Source: a virus. From it: a stretch of 64,000 nt of DNA. The stretch lies in the IMG/VR virus record IMGVR_UViG_3300027734_000039; one strand, 5' to 3'. The notes under the pieces were generated by a model. It worked only from the letters and a program-made list of their open reading frames with translations, ran no database searches and was not told where the DNA came from. A program made the position numbers and the translations under genes. Of the stretch, positions 34,341 through 45,053 are shown one piece after another (position 1 is the first letter of the stretch; every line of letters starts with the position of its first letter).

Positions 34341-35420
34341 TTACTTTTTAACTGAACGAGCGATTGCCTGAACGTAACGGCTAACGCTTGGATCTACGTT
34401 AACAGTTGTGGTTCCGATGTCGCCCTCGAAGGTTTCTTCTTCAATGTTTGAAGAATATGAAGTAGTTTCACTACGGAAATAGTTTTCCTTAATGATCATT
34501 AACTTCTTTGCATAAGTGTCGAGATCACCGTCAAATTCAATTCCTTCGGCGAGAGCTGCGAACTTTTCCTGCTGTGTTAGTGCAAGGTCAGAAGAAAGTT
34601 CTTCAAAAATGTCTCTTGCGTTATCTTCTACAAGAGCACCCTTGAGCTGTGCGTTTTCAGAAATTGTTTCGTCGAGTTTTTCTTCTAGGGCAGTTACTTT
34701 GTCAGCAAGAGCTTCTAGAATGTCGATCTTTTCTTGTGGAACATTGATGTAATGTTCTGCGAATAGACCCTTAAGACCATCGATAAATTCTTCCATAATT
34801 TCGTTACGGAGAGTTGATTCGATTGCTACTTCATTTTCTTTCATCCAGTTTTCAACAACATAGTCAAGGTATGTGTCGAGCTTTGATGTAAGTTCTTCGT
34901 TAAATACTTCGAGCTCTTCATTGAGCTTTGTTTCGTATTCTTCTTCGAGGCGAGCAGTTTCAGCGATTAAACGTGCTGAAATTGCAGCTTCAAATAATGT
35001 TGAAGCTTGAACTTTGAAATCTTCTGAAAGGTCTTGACCAGCAAACATAGCTTCAACGTCTTCCTTAACGTTGATCTTTGGCATTGCGTCCTTAGTTTTT
35101 GGACCAGCGCCACCCTTCATGTCGATAGTGGCTGAATTCTTTGCAGAATTGTCACCAACACCGTAATCCTTACCAGGACCGAACTGAGCCATAGTTGCAG
35201 CGAACCAATGTGTAAGGTCGCCCTTTGACATTCCATTCATCTGACCGAGAACAGCTTGCATCATGCCGATTTTTGACTTAGGGTCAGAAATTGCTTTAGC
35301 GGCTGGGTGAAGGGACGAAGCAGCAAGAGTTTCTTCCTCAAGACCGTCTTCTTCTTTTTCGATTTGGTCTGCAGAAAGTTCTGACATATCTTCTAAATCC
35401 TTTTTATATTCGTTAGCCAT
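34341..35420 (-). CDS. gp22: Prohead scaffold gp22
   Basis: Acidic coiled coil, YLDYVVENWM, IKENYF; synteny. Confidence 0.92.
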   Translation of the reverse strand: MANEYKKDLEDMSELSADQIEKEEDGLEEETLAASSLHPAAKAISDPKSKIGMMQAVLGQMNGMSKGDLTHWFAATMAQFGPGKDYGVGDNSAKNSATIDMKGGAGPKTKDAMPKINVKEDVEAMFAGQDLSEDFKVQASTLFEAAISARLIAETARLEEEYETKLNEELEVFNEELTSKLDTYLDYVVENWMKENEVAIESTLRNEIMEEFIDGLKGLFAEHYINVPQEKIDILEALADKVTALEEKLDETISENAQLKGALVEDNARDIFEELSSDLALTQQEKFAALAEGIEFDGDLDTYAKKLMIIKENYFRSETTSYSSNIEEETFEGDIGTTTVNVDPSVSRYVQAIARSVKK

Positions 35421-35448
35421 TAAGAGTCTCCTTAAATAGAATTTAAAT

Positions 35449-35456
35449 TATTTATA
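35449..35456 (-). promoter_or_regulatory. Late promoter for g22
   Basis: TATAAATA. Confidence 0.75.
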
Positions 35457-36126
35457 TAATTTTATTTTTTATTGCTAAAGAAGCAATATAATTTTCAAAG
35501 ATAGCTAAACGCTGCTCTTCAATTTGGTTTATAGACATTTTATGGATTGTCTTTCTTGTTTCATGAAGCTGTTCTTCATGCCAAGTTCCCTTAACAGGGT
35601 CGTAAATCCACTCAACGCCTTCCATGATACCCTTAACAAAGGCATCTGGTGCAGAAGGGTCTGCAACAATATCTGCAGCTGTAGATAGCTTTAAGTCACC
35701 TTGAACTACCATAACACCATTAGATTCCTTTAAAGAACCCATAGCGCGAGAAGAAACGCCTAAATTAGCGCCAGACTCAAGTAAACCACGAGCTATATTT
35801 CCCATTGGTGTTTCTGTAATCTTTGCCTTACCAATGAAATTTTTACCATCTTTTTTAAGTTCTGTAATGATATGTGAAACACGGTCTAAATTGATAGATG
35901 GTCCTGATGGATGACCAAGCTCGCCGTATGCACGGTTCTTTTCAACAGTTTCACGCATATAACGCTTAACTTCGTTTTCTAAAACGTCGATAGGATATAC
36001 ACGACCATTACGGTTTTTAATTTCAGCTTGTAGGAAAATGCCTTCAATGAAGTGCTGCTTTTTTCCGTTTTCTGTAGCTTCTGTAACGTACTGAACGTCT
36101 TCAACTAGTTCTGTAAAAAGTTTCAT
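35452..36126 (-). CDS. gp21: Prohead protease gp21
   Basis: NRNGRVYP, GELGHP, GVSSRAMGS, DIVADPSAPDA. Confidence 0.96.
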   Translation of the reverse strand: MKLFTELVEDVQYVTEATENGKKQHFIEGIFLQAEIKNRNGRVYPIDVLENEVKRYMRETVEKNRAYGELGHPSGPSINLDRVSHIITELKKDGKNFIGKAKITETPMGNIARGLLESGANLGVSSRAMGSLKESNGVMVVQGDLKLSTAADIVADPSAPDAFVKGIMEGVEWIYDPVKGTWHEEQLHETRKTIHKMSINQIEEQRLAIFENYIASLAIKNKII

Positions 36127-36131
36127 TTTCG

Positions 36132-36377
36132 TTAACCTCTGTAAGAAGCAGCTGTTGCTAATACAGCGACGTTAGCAGTAAGCGTATCGGTTGGATTCTT
36201 TTGAACGAAAATGTACTGATTTGCTGGAATAGTAAATGTTCCAGTTACAACTGCTGTATTAGTTGTAACAGTAATCAAAGCTGCAGCAGTTGCTGCAATA
36301 TAAACAACTGGTGAACCATAAATTGTATTCGCAGTTGTTAATGAAATTTGATTTGCGGTTGGCTTAATAAGTTGCAT
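36132..36377 (-). CDS. Small head-module hypothetical protein
   Basis: 81 aa, TAATG-coupled. Confidence 0.65.
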   Translation of the reverse strand: MQLIKPTANQISLTTANTIYGSPVVYIAATAAALITVTTNTAVVTGTFTIPANQYIFVQKNPTDTLTANVAVLATAASYRG

Positions 36378-37058
36378 TATACTCTCCCTGTATCGCCGAC
36401 GTTGCCAGAAGGGAATCTCATAGGAGTATCGCCAGGAGCAGATTCTTTTTTCATTTTCTTTTTCTTGCCACTCTCAAGCATTGGCATAGCAAGATCTTCC
36501 TGAACCTTCTTTGACTTTTCAGGATGCATTGAATAATATGCACCTAAAGCCATTTTAATACGTTCTTTTTTTGATTTGCCTTCGAATTTTGGATTATCAG
36601 AATGAACAAAATCAGAAATAACTTCGCCAGTTGATGTTTTCTTAGTTAAAACTTCTTGAAGTTTTTTCTTATCAGCAATCATTCCTCTTTTACCATTGCC
36701 AGCAGCAGGAACTGATTTACCACAACCACATGACTCGCCTTCATACATAGTACCACAGGATTCACATTTCATGCTTTTAGCTTCATAAACTTTTTTATCA
36801 TCGCCAATCTTATAACCATGGCGCTTTTCTTTTTTAGAATTTAAAACGTAATGTTCTGGGTTACCATTATAAACGTTTTCGCCATTACCTACGCGATCAG
36901 CATGCTTTTCGATTTCATGCTTTTTAGCGAAATCCTGATTACCAGGCGCTGCATTAAAATCAGAAATATCCATAGGTTCTGTTTTGCTTTTTCTTACACC
37001 TGAAAATGCTCCTTCTTTAGGAGCCTTTGGTGCAACGTCTCTTAATGGTTTCGCCATA
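36377..37058 (-). CDS. Prohead core / internal head protein-like
   Basis: Probable start MAKPLRD after GAGG; basic, CxxC..CxC, FEGKSKKERIKMALGAYY; gp68 position. Confidence 0.6.
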
Positions 37059-37061
37059 TTT

Positions 37062-37262
37062 TTATTCCTCTGAGTTATCTTCGTCGCTCGAGTCAGCATT
37101 ATAACCATACATTTGCTGCGCTATTTGAATTTTCTTATCATTGATAGCAGTTGAAATTCTATCAACAATAAGGTCATTAAAAGCGTTTTCAAAATCAAGT
37201 GGTTTCTGCTGGGCAGCGGCGACAACTAAATCTGACATATCGTATTTATAGGTATCGTTCAT
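37062..37262 (-). CDS. Prohead core protein gp67-like
   Basis: Small acidic ORF after portal; TATAAATA at 37243-37250. Confidence 0.65.
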   Translation of the reverse strand: MNDTYKYDMSDLVVAAAQQKPLDFENAFNDLIVDRISTAINDKKIQIAQQMYGYNADSSDEDNSEE

Positions 37263-37273
37263 TTAATATCTCC

Positions 37274-39064
37274 TCACTGTACCTGTTGTTGTTGGTCAAA
37301 TTCCTGATTAATTGCGGAACCTAATTGTTTGGCAATATCTGGATTTTTAGCTACAATTTGAACTGCTTGCTTATACTTAGACTGTTCTTGCATAGACCTG
37401 TTTTGAACACCCTTAAGCTTCATCTGCTTAACTAACAACATAGCCTGACGAACTTCCTCCATCTTATTATCTTGTTCTGTCGGAGGTTGTTGTCCCTGCT
37501 GTTGCTGTTGATCTGCTTCAGCCTGTTGCTGCATCATTTGAGCATTTTGTTCGATTACAGCATTATACCAACGTGGGTCGTTTGTATTTTGTTCTTTCGA
37601 AATTTCGGCATCCTGTTCAGCGATATCCTGATCGGTTTGCTTAAGGATATTTCTACGAACCCACTGATGAGAATAATATTGACCAGCAATAGGTTGGAAA
37701 GAAGCTGCCAACTGAATACGACCCTGAGCAATTTCGTTATCCTTAAGCTCAGTGAAATAGTTATCTTTAGCAAAATCAAATCTAATATCGTTTTGAATGA
37801 CTGCCCAATCTTCCGGAGTCATAATAGACTTTAAAATTAATTGCTTTTCTAACATCTTAGTGAAAAGATGTGTAAATCGTGAACGCAAACGAACAATGAA
37901 ACGACTAAACTTTAGTTCGTCTCTTGTAATTTCAGTTGCACGACCAATAGAAAATACAGCGTCTGAATTCAAACGACTTACTGGAACGTTAAGTGTCTGG
38001 AGAAATTTCTTTTGGAAATATAGAACGTCGTCCATTTGTCCAAGAGTTTGACCACCTGGTAAGGTAGTAACTTCCGTACCTCTACCGCCTTCACGACGAG
38101 GAAGCCAATAGTCTTCCAACATAGTCATGAATTTACGGTCGTCACGAATTTCACCAGACTGCGCATCATAGATCAAGCGGTTTTTATGCTTAACCATGAT
38201 ATCGCGCACATACTGTTCTGCTTTCATCTTAGGCAAGTTACCAACGTCGATATACCAAATACGACGTTCGGGTGCACGAGCAAGACGATAAATTACTAGA
38301 GCATCTTCAAGAGTACGAAGCTGGTTTAGAGCTTTAATACCCTTATGAAGATATGAAAGAACCATGGTTCCTTGGTTATCAGTTAAACCAGAAACAACAT
38401 GTAAAATAGAATCTTTTGCAATCTTTAAGCCAGAGGTCGAAGGACCAACTGCTTTGCTGCCGTAATTGAAACCTTTATCATTGAAAATAAAGTATTCGTT
38501 AGCAACCTTCGACATAATAGCGTCGCCCTGATTGCCGTTTTGAATACGCTTTTTAGCGATTTCTCTAACCTTACGGATCTTACGTGGATCTACGTAACGT
38601 AATTCTTTAATTCCTTCTTTTGGGTTCTTTTCATCAACTACGACATGATAATAAAGACGCCCATCAACATACCAACGACGATATATATCATAAGCATGAG
38701 TTTTGAACTGAAGAATTTTTAAGCAATTATCGAACTCTTCTCTAATTACTTTTTTAATATTTTCGGAAATTTTAAGATCGTCTAAGTTAATAGTTACAAT
38801 ATTTTTTTCATCGATTGAAATAGATTCATTAACAATTTCATCAACCGCCGAATCAGTTTCTGGGTGAAGAGACATTTCACGATATTTTGTAACAAGCTCT
38901 GCTTCTGTTCTTACCGTACCATCAAGATCAACGTATGTACCAAACGCACCACCAGCGGCAACGACAACTGCACCATCATCTGTCTCTTTAGGAGCAAACG
39001 ATGGTGCCGAGTCGACGACCTTTTGATCTTTTCTTTTAAATTCGAAACCGAATAATTCTGCCAT
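37274..39064 (-). CDS. gp20: Portal protein gp20 (Gln-rich C-terminal extension)
   Basis: WYVDGR, IYRLARAPERR, LEDYWLPRREGGRGTE. Confidence 0.97.
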   Translation of the reverse strand: MAELFGFEFKRKDQKVVDSAPSFAPKETDDGAVVVAAGGAFGTYVDLDGTVRTEAELVTKYREMSLHPETDSAVDEIVNESISIDEKNIVTINLDDLKISENIKKVIREEFDNCLKILQFKTHAYDIYRRWYVDGRLYYHVVVDEKNPKEGIKELRYVDPRKIRKVREIAKKRIQNGNQGDAIMSKVANEYFIFNDKGFNYGSKAVGPSTSGLKIAKDSILHVVSGLTDNQGTMVLSYLHKGIKALNQLRTLEDALVIYRLARAPERRIWYIDVGNLPKMKAEQYVRDIMVKHKNRLIYDAQSGEIRDDRKFMTMLEDYWLPRREGGRGTEVTTLPGGQTLGQMDDVLYFQKKFLQTLNVPVSRLNSDAVFSIGRATEITRDELKFSRFIVRLRSRFTHLFTKMLEKQLILKSIMTPEDWAVIQNDIRFDFAKDNYFTELKDNEIAQGRIQLAASFQPIAGQYYSHQWVRRNILKQTDQDIAEQDAEISKEQNTNDPRWYNAVIEQNAQMMQQQAEADQQQQQGQQPPTEQDNKMEEVRQAMLLVKQMKLKGVQNRSMQEQSKYKQAVQIVAKNPDIAKQLGSAINQEFDQQQQVQ

Positions 39065-39124
39065 TTATTTCTCCAAATTGAAGGGGCTTTTTTGCCCCTT
39101 CTTTAATCATAAAGTATATATTAA

Positions 39125-39739
39125 TTAAGCTGGACCCGAAATACCGTCTTGTTCAGCTTGAGCGGCGTAAGTGTTGATACCGCCAGCCTTCTTATCAGAC
39201 GATTCAACAACTGGTACCCAGTAATCGTATGAGAAGTTAACAGAAAATTCTTCAACTGCATTAGCTGCATCCCAGCCAAGGCTGATAGCACCAATTTGAG
39301 TTGGGAAAGCACCAACAAGCTGGTATGAACGAAGAATGCTGCCATCCTTACCGTACTGAATTACTTCAAGGTCAGCCTTGTAGTTTTCAGCAGAAACGTT
39401 AGGATCACGAACGTTAGAAACGAGGCGATTCATTGCGTTTGACCAAGTTTCGAACATTGCACGTACTGAGAAGTCTTCGTCGTTTAGAACAGTTACGCCC
39501 CAATCAGCGAATGTACGCTCACCAGCAACCTTAATTTTACGACCGAAGTAAGGAACTTCGATTGGTGAAATTGTTGACTCTGGAAGTTCCGCAGTCTTAC
39601 ATAGAAAACGGAACTTATCTACTGAAACGTTATCGATACCAAGACCACCAGGAACTGACATGAAAACGTTGAAGAGAGATGGTCTGGCGCCACCGTACAC
39701 CAGACCGTTTGTTTTGAATGCGCTAATATTAAATGGCAT
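39125..39739 (-). CDS. gp19: Tail tube gp19
   Basis: GARPSLF, FGRKIKVAGERTF, AFPTQIG. Confidence 0.95.
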   Translation of the reverse strand: MPFNISAFKTNGLVYGGARPSLFNVFMSVPGGLGIDNVSVDKFRFLCKTAELPESTISPIEVPYFGRKIKVAGERTFADWGVTVLNDEDFSVRAMFETWSNAMNRLVSNVRDPNVSAENYKADLEVIQYGKDGSILRSYQLVGAFPTQIGAISLGWDAANAVEEFSVNFSYDYWVPVVESSDKKAGGINTYAAQAEQDGISGPA

Positions 39740-39772
39740 TTATTGTACTCCTTTTGAGCTTTTATCTATTTA

Positions 39773-42064
39773 TTAGAACTTGCCAACCACTTCGGAGAAT
39801 TGAACGCCAGTTGGTACAGCTACGAAGTTCAACTGGATGAAGTTGATCGAACGAGCTGGCTTAATATAGATATCGCCAACAAACTGGTTAGAATCAATTA
39901 CCTGAGCGGTGTTATTTGTGTCGTCACAAATAACAAGGAAGTCAGTAATACCACGACGACCCTTGATAGTTCTAAGGTAAGGAGTTACAAGGTTTTTAAA
40001 CTGTGCTCTAGTGAACGCATCGTTAAACTCGAATAGCGAGTACTTAGCAGCAGTCGAAATAGCCTTTTCAAGAACAATAAACAATCTGCGAACGTTAATA
40101 TGATCGAATGCAGATGGTTTTGTTTGCATTGTTTTATCACCATAAAGAACAGTTCCCTGACCAGGGAAAGTAACAACTGGGTTGATATTATTGCTGAAAA
40201 GAATATCGCGTTCTGACTTGCGTGGATTAAATGCAAGCTTAACAAGGTTCTTAATTTGACCACGGTTGAAACCAGCTGGTGACCACCAAGCATCGTTTGT
40301 CTGGTCTGTACGAGCACATAGACCGCCGATATCGCCGTTTAGAGGGATCCAACGATATACGTCGTTATAACGATCGTACTGATACTTGTAACCAGAGTCA
40401 AGAACTGCATAAGAAGTCGAACGAGTTGCGCTTCTCCAATTCTTAAGACTTACGGCTTCGTTACCAACGTTATTTAATACCATGCTCTTATCAGGTGAAA
40501 TTAATGCAACGCAATCCTTACGAATTTCGCAAATATTGTCGATGATGTAATTTGCAAGCTGGAAGTTAGTTACAGTTTGACCGCCTTGTGTACTAGTGCC
40601 GCCAAGTGGACGACCCTGAAGAACAAGAGAAATATCTACGTCTTCTGCAGAAGCAAACATGTCATAAGCAGCGCCGAGGATACCTAATGTTGCATTAGTT
40701 TCGTCGAGACCATCAGCACCAAGAGACATAGTTAAATTCAAAGGAGCTGTAGCAGTTGAACTTGTAAGACGAACTGCTGTATTCGAAACTGCAGTTGTGC
40801 GATCGTTTGCCCACCAGATATATTCTGATGCATCATTGATCACAGTCTTATAATAATTTACAGTATTATCATCGTTCTTAGCATTAGTAGCTCTTGAAAG
40901 ACCCTTATAAACTTCAAGAACAGTTCCTGGAGTACCAGTAAATGCGCCACCATTATCAACAACTACAACGTGCATTTCGTCCTGAGCCGAAGTATTACCG
41001 TTGTTTAACTGATAATTTGACTGACCAGGAGCAGAGTCAACAACGTTGAAGAATTCCCAATAACGGGAAATCGTGTTAGATGAATATGCAGTATGAAGTC
41101 TGTATGGGTCTTCGAAACCGAAGCTTACAATAGTAGATGTTGCATTCGAAACAGTATTAACAGATTTAATTTGCATATACTGTAAGCCGATAGTAGAATT
41201 ACCAGCTAGAATTTGGTCACCAATAGAGAAATTAGCTTCTAATGCAACACCAGCAACGTTAGCAGCACCAGAATATACTGCAGTTGCATTCGCAGAGCCG
41301 ATAGTAAAATCTAAATTTGCAGTAGCATTTACATTTGATGTATACGAATTAGCATTATCGCAAACGCTGATTCTTAAAGAGTTACCGAGCTGTCCTGGGA
41401 ACTTAGCAACATAATAAACGTCAGAGTCGAAACTACCATCTAATGAAGAATACTGGTTTTCGTTTTTAACGATTTGATTTATAAGGTTAGCAACGAAAGA
41501 AGTAGAATCTTTAGCAACAGCAGTATAAGAAGTTTCTGGACGACCGAAATATAGGGTTACTGTGTTACCAGAACCAGTATTCGCAGCTGTTGAAGTTGAA
41601 AGAGTAACAATGCTATGAGTTGCATTTGTAGTTATAGTAGAAACAGTTACGTTATTACCAGTGCCAACGATAGTAGCATTAGAAGTTTGTGTTACATACA
41701 TACCAGCTATAATACCAGTAGCTACGTTTGCAATTACGTATTGGTTATTTGCTACTGTTGAATTTGAAGAAGAAACAGCAGCAAAAGTTGGGGTAGCGCC
41801 GCTAGTGTTAGCTGCACGAGAAACCCAAAGACGGTTTGTATATGAAAGGAAGTTAGCAGCAGTAAAAAATGTTTCGGCGTTAAAGCTTGTTGGCTTTCCG
41901 TATCTTGCAACAAGATTTGTTTCGCTATCGATTAAAAGTCTCTGTCCAATTGGACCCCAACGAAATACACCGCCAATAGCGCCGTCCGAAGTAGCAACTG
42001 CAGGTACAACTGTTGTAAGATCAATTTCCGAAACGTTTACGCCTGGACTTAGTTGAAATGCCAT
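39773..42064 (-). CDS. gp18: Tail sheath gp18
   Basis: LSPGVNVSEID, SPAGFNRG, INVRRLF, KPARSINFI. Confidence 0.97.
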   Translation of the reverse strand: MAFQLSPGVNVSEIDLTTVVPAVATSDGAIGGVFRWGPIGQRLLIDSETNLVARYGKPTSFNAETFFTAANFLSYTNRLWVSRAANTSGATPTFAAVSSSNSTVANNQYVIANVATGIIAGMYVTQTSNATIVGTGNNVTVSTITTNATHSIVTLSTSTAANTGSGNTVTLYFGRPETSYTAVAKDSTSFVANLINQIVKNENQYSSLDGSFDSDVYYVAKFPGQLGNSLRISVCDNANSYTSNVNATANLDFTIGSANATAVYSGAANVAGVALEANFSIGDQILAGNSTIGLQYMQIKSVNTVSNATSTIVSFGFEDPYRLHTAYSSNTISRYWEFFNVVDSAPGQSNYQLNNGNTSAQDEMHVVVVDNGGAFTGTPGTVLEVYKGLSRATNAKNDDNTVNYYKTVINDASEYIWWANDRTTAVSNTAVRLTSSTATAPLNLTMSLGADGLDETNATLGILGAAYDMFASAEDVDISLVLQGRPLGGTSTQGGQTVTNFQLANYIIDNICEIRKDCVALISPDKSMVLNNVGNEAVSLKNWRSATRSTSYAVLDSGYKYQYDRYNDVYRWIPLNGDIGGLCARTDQTNDAWWSPAGFNRGQIKNLVKLAFNPRKSERDILFSNNINPVVTFPGQGTVLYGDKTMQTKPSAFDHINVRRLFIVLEKAISTAAKYSLFEFNDAFTRAQFKNLVTPYLRTIKGRRGITDFLVICDDTNNTAQVIDSNQFVGDIYIKPARSINFIQLNFVAVPTGVQFSEVVGKF

Positions 42065-42108
42065 TTTAATCTCTCCTTATTTGCGAGAATAGTTTAAATA
42101 TTTTTTAT

Positions 42109-42116
42109 TATTTATA
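42109..42116 (-). promoter_or_regulatory. Late promoter for g18
   Basis: TATAAATA. Confidence 0.75.
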
Positions 42117-42128
42117 GAATGCTGGTGC

Positions 42129-43784
42129 TTAGAAATTTTGAGGAGAGTTCCACATCCAGCTGTCTGGCACGTATTTTTCTATGTTTTCGTCATAGTCTTC
42201 GTCGCGACGCCCATCGTCCATAAACCCAAACGGAGACATATCTTGCTCCATATCTTCTTCGGTTTTTTCTCGAAGGGACATAAGGGTATTTATGTTCGTA
42301 TAGTCCTTGAAATATTGCTGCTCGGACAACCAAGCAAAAAGCACAAGACACATAACCAAGTCATCATGTTTACCTGACTCTGCCTCGTATGAAGTTCCCT
42401 TTTTAGAAAAAGTAGAAAGCTCATTGATTGTATGAAAATCGTTAATGATTAACTGGTTTTGTTCAATAAGAAGCTTCATAATCGAACAACCAACAGACTT
42501 AACAATTTTAGTTGTTCTAATACCTTTATCTACGCTACCCCCACCGAAACCACCTGTAATCCTTTTACCAGAACGACCAGCATTTTCTGTAAACAGAACG
42601 TTTTCATAACCAAAATCATAATGAAGGGAATGTGAAACCTGCTCGCCGATATCGTTTACTTCAACCAAAACGGAAGCGTTATTATACGCCTTTGCTAATC
42701 TATGAATAGTGTCGGCATAATCTATAGGAGCAATCGCATTATTCCTATAGACACAAACCTGATTGTAAGGCATCTGAGTTACGTCTAATAACTGGAACGC
42801 TGAATAGTCTAATCCCTTACCTCTAGAAACGTCGCAAATCATAATGTAAACATGGTTTTGAAGAGGAGGAGCATATTGAACTAACCCCTCGCGCTCGACC
42901 ATCGGAGCTTGGTGAACGAGCTCTTTAAGTTTCCAACCAGCGATAAGCGTACCAGAGCTACCAAGGAATTCACAGTTATATTCCTGATCGAACTTCTCGA
43001 TATCGAAGTTCATAGCAGCTAGAGTGTCTTGTTTCCACTTTTCATTTCGACCAGGAACATTTTGCCATAAAACTTTGATAGCTTTATATTGGTTCCTTTG
43101 TTCTACAGCATTTACCCAAATACTATAGAAATGGTTCAACCCATTAGGAGTTGAAACTAGAATAATTTTAGATTCTTGACCTGACGAAATCGTAGGATAA
43201 ACCGAAGTGAAAAACTCGTCCCAGTTTTCGATAAAGGCAGATTCGTCGATGAAAAGAAGGTTGATAGAATAACCACGGATAGAATCAGTACTTGTAGCAG
43301 CAGCGATAACACGACTGTTGTTTTCAAGTTCGAATGAACCCTTATTCCATTCTTTGACGCCTTGCTGGAGCCATTTAGGAAGATGCTGGTAAGCCAACTG
43401 GACACGACCAAGAATTTCTCTTGCCGTGTCGCCTTTGTTAGCGAGTAAGGCTACGGTTTTATCTGGATTAAAAATAATATACCAAAGAATAAAAGCGCAC
43501 GTAGTAGTTGACTTACCAGCCTGACGAGCAGTCGTCACAATATTAAAACGATTATTAGCAAAAGATTGTAACATCTCTTTTTGATAATCGTAAAGTTTGA
43601 AGTTAATCAAACCTTTATCAATACTAATAATTTTCATATATTTTTCTGTAAAATACACAACGTCCTGTGAGCATCTTACATATTCATTAACTAGATCGGG
43701 CGTCCACTCAATCGATTGGTTTTCTCGTTTGAGGTTTGCGTTTCCGTTGTACCCTTTAAGGTTATTAAACTGCTGATCCACCAT
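42129..43784 (-). CDS. gp17: Terminase large subunit gp17
   Basis: ARQAGKST, FIDESAF, STPNG, DVSRG..DYS, HDDLVM. Confidence 0.97.
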   Translation of the reverse strand: MVDQQFNNLKGYNGNANLKRENQSIEWTPDLVNEYVRCSQDVVYFTEKYMKIISIDKGLINFKLYDYQKEMLQSFANNRFNIVTTARQAGKSTTTCAFILWYIIFNPDKTVALLANKGDTAREILGRVQLAYQHLPKWLQQGVKEWNKGSFELENNSRVIAAATSTDSIRGYSINLLFIDESAFIENWDEFFTSVYPTISSGQESKIILVSTPNGLNHFYSIWVNAVEQRNQYKAIKVLWQNVPGRNEKWKQDTLAAMNFDIEKFDQEYNCEFLGSSGTLIAGWKLKELVHQAPMVEREGLVQYAPPLQNHVYIMICDVSRGKGLDYSAFQLLDVTQMPYNQVCVYRNNAIAPIDYADTIHRLAKAYNNASVLVEVNDIGEQVSHSLHYDFGYENVLFTENAGRSGKRITGGFGGGSVDKGIRTTKIVKSVGCSIMKLLIEQNQLIINDFHTINELSTFSKKGTSYEAESGKHDDLVMCLVLFAWLSEQQYFKDYTNINTLMSLREKTEEDMEQDMSPFGFMDDGRRDEDYDENIEKYVPDSWMWNSPQNF

Positions 43785-44193
43785 TTTTCATATTCTCAAT
43801 TACTTTTTGAAGTTCTGCAGTCGAGCCAACAAACAAATTATTATTAATTGTTTTGGCATGCTCGTTCGTAGGAGCATCTACAGCACTAATTTCACGAATT
43901 TTAGTTTGAAGTTCGAGCAGGTCTTTATTAGCCTGGAGCATAGTGTCCATAAGTTTAGCTAAAACTTCGAATGCTCTTGGGTTTTGAGACTGATCGGCAA
44001 TTTGAGCCAAATTATATAAAGCTTCTTGACCGTTTTGTATAACTTCATAAACGTTTGATCTAGCAGCTTCGAAATCGTTTCTCGCGCTATCGTTATGAGC
44101 TTCAGCCATTATAGTTGCAACTGCTGTAGAATTAGTTTGTGTTTCTAAACCTAAAGCTTTGCCAATCGGATCATTATCTGAATTGTCTGTCAT
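43765..44193 (-). CDS. gp16: Terminase small subunit gp16
   Basis: DFEAAR, NPRAFEV, LFVGSTAELQK. Confidence 0.92.
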   Translation of the reverse strand: MTDNSDNDPIGKALGLETQTNSTAVATIMAEAHNDSARNDFEAARSNVYEVIQNGQEALYNLAQIADQSQNPRAFEVLAKLMDTMLQANKDLLELQTKIREISAVDAPTNEHAKTINNNLFVGSTAELQKVIENMKNGGSAV

Positions 44194-45053
44194 TCTATCT
44201 CATCTTCGTTGTAAACTTGAGTTATAAACCCATAGTCATCACTTATTTCGATTTCAGCATATGGGACAGAACCTGTATTCGAATTAGGACCGCCAAAATA
44301 ATTTACAGGTAACCCATTAGCAGTTAATCCTGGTTGAACCGTTACACGTTCAGAAACAGGAAGTTCTCCCTTGACGCTCGATATTTTACCATCTTCAACA
44401 TTAGATAGATAAAAGTTCGTTTCGACAAATTTAATAATTCCAGCTTTTTTAACTGGACCGTATATATAGCCTTTAAGAGTAAAGTCTAATGTCCAAATGA
44501 TAGCTCGTCTCTTTTGAAACTGGCCGTCATAATTATCGCTGTATGATATATTATTTAATATGATTGGAATATCCATAACAACTTCAACTTCTGGAATTAA
44601 GTTTACTGTTGTTGTCCAATCAGGAGTAAAATAAGGAAGTATTTGTTCAATAATTTTAGTTCCATCTTCTGCATTTTTAGCATAGATGTAAACCTTAAAT
44701 TCGATATTATAAGGAACAGGGTTATACTGATATTTGAATTTATTAACATCATCAGCATTTTTTACTGAAATTTTATTGATGGTTGGAAGTTTTCTTGAAC
44801 CATCATATGTCATTTTTCCCATTTCAAAAGAAATAAGAGGCAACGGCGCTGTTGCTGTTGGGCGGTCGATAGCAGGATCCTGCGTAACTCGAGCAAGCAT
44901 CTTATCTTTTGGGGCGTAAGTTACAGGAACTTTAAGGAGAGCTGTTACATTACCGTCTTTATCGGTTCTTGTAATACGAATATTATTGACGAGTGTTCCC
45001 ATCAAAATAACATATTTGCGGATAAGGCTAAAATAAAACGGTTGACCAAACAT
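44190..45053 (-). CDS. gp15: Tail sheath stabiliser gp15
   Basis: VPVTYAPKDK, PVPYNI, EQILPYF. Confidence 0.92.
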   Translation of the reverse strand: MFGQPFYFSLIRKYVILMGTLVNNIRITRTDKDGNVTALLKVPVTYAPKDKMLARVTQDPAIDRPTATAPLPLISFEMGKMTYDGSRKLPTINKISVKNADDVNKFKYQYNPVPYNIEFKVYIYAKNAEDGTKIIEQILPYFTPDWTTTVNLIPEVEVVMDIPIILNNISYSDNYDGQFQKRRAIIWTLDFTLKGYIYGPVKKAGIIKFVETNFYLSNVEDGKISSVKGELPVSERVTVQPGLTANGLPVNYFGGPNSNTGSVPYAEIEISDDYGFITQVYNEDEIE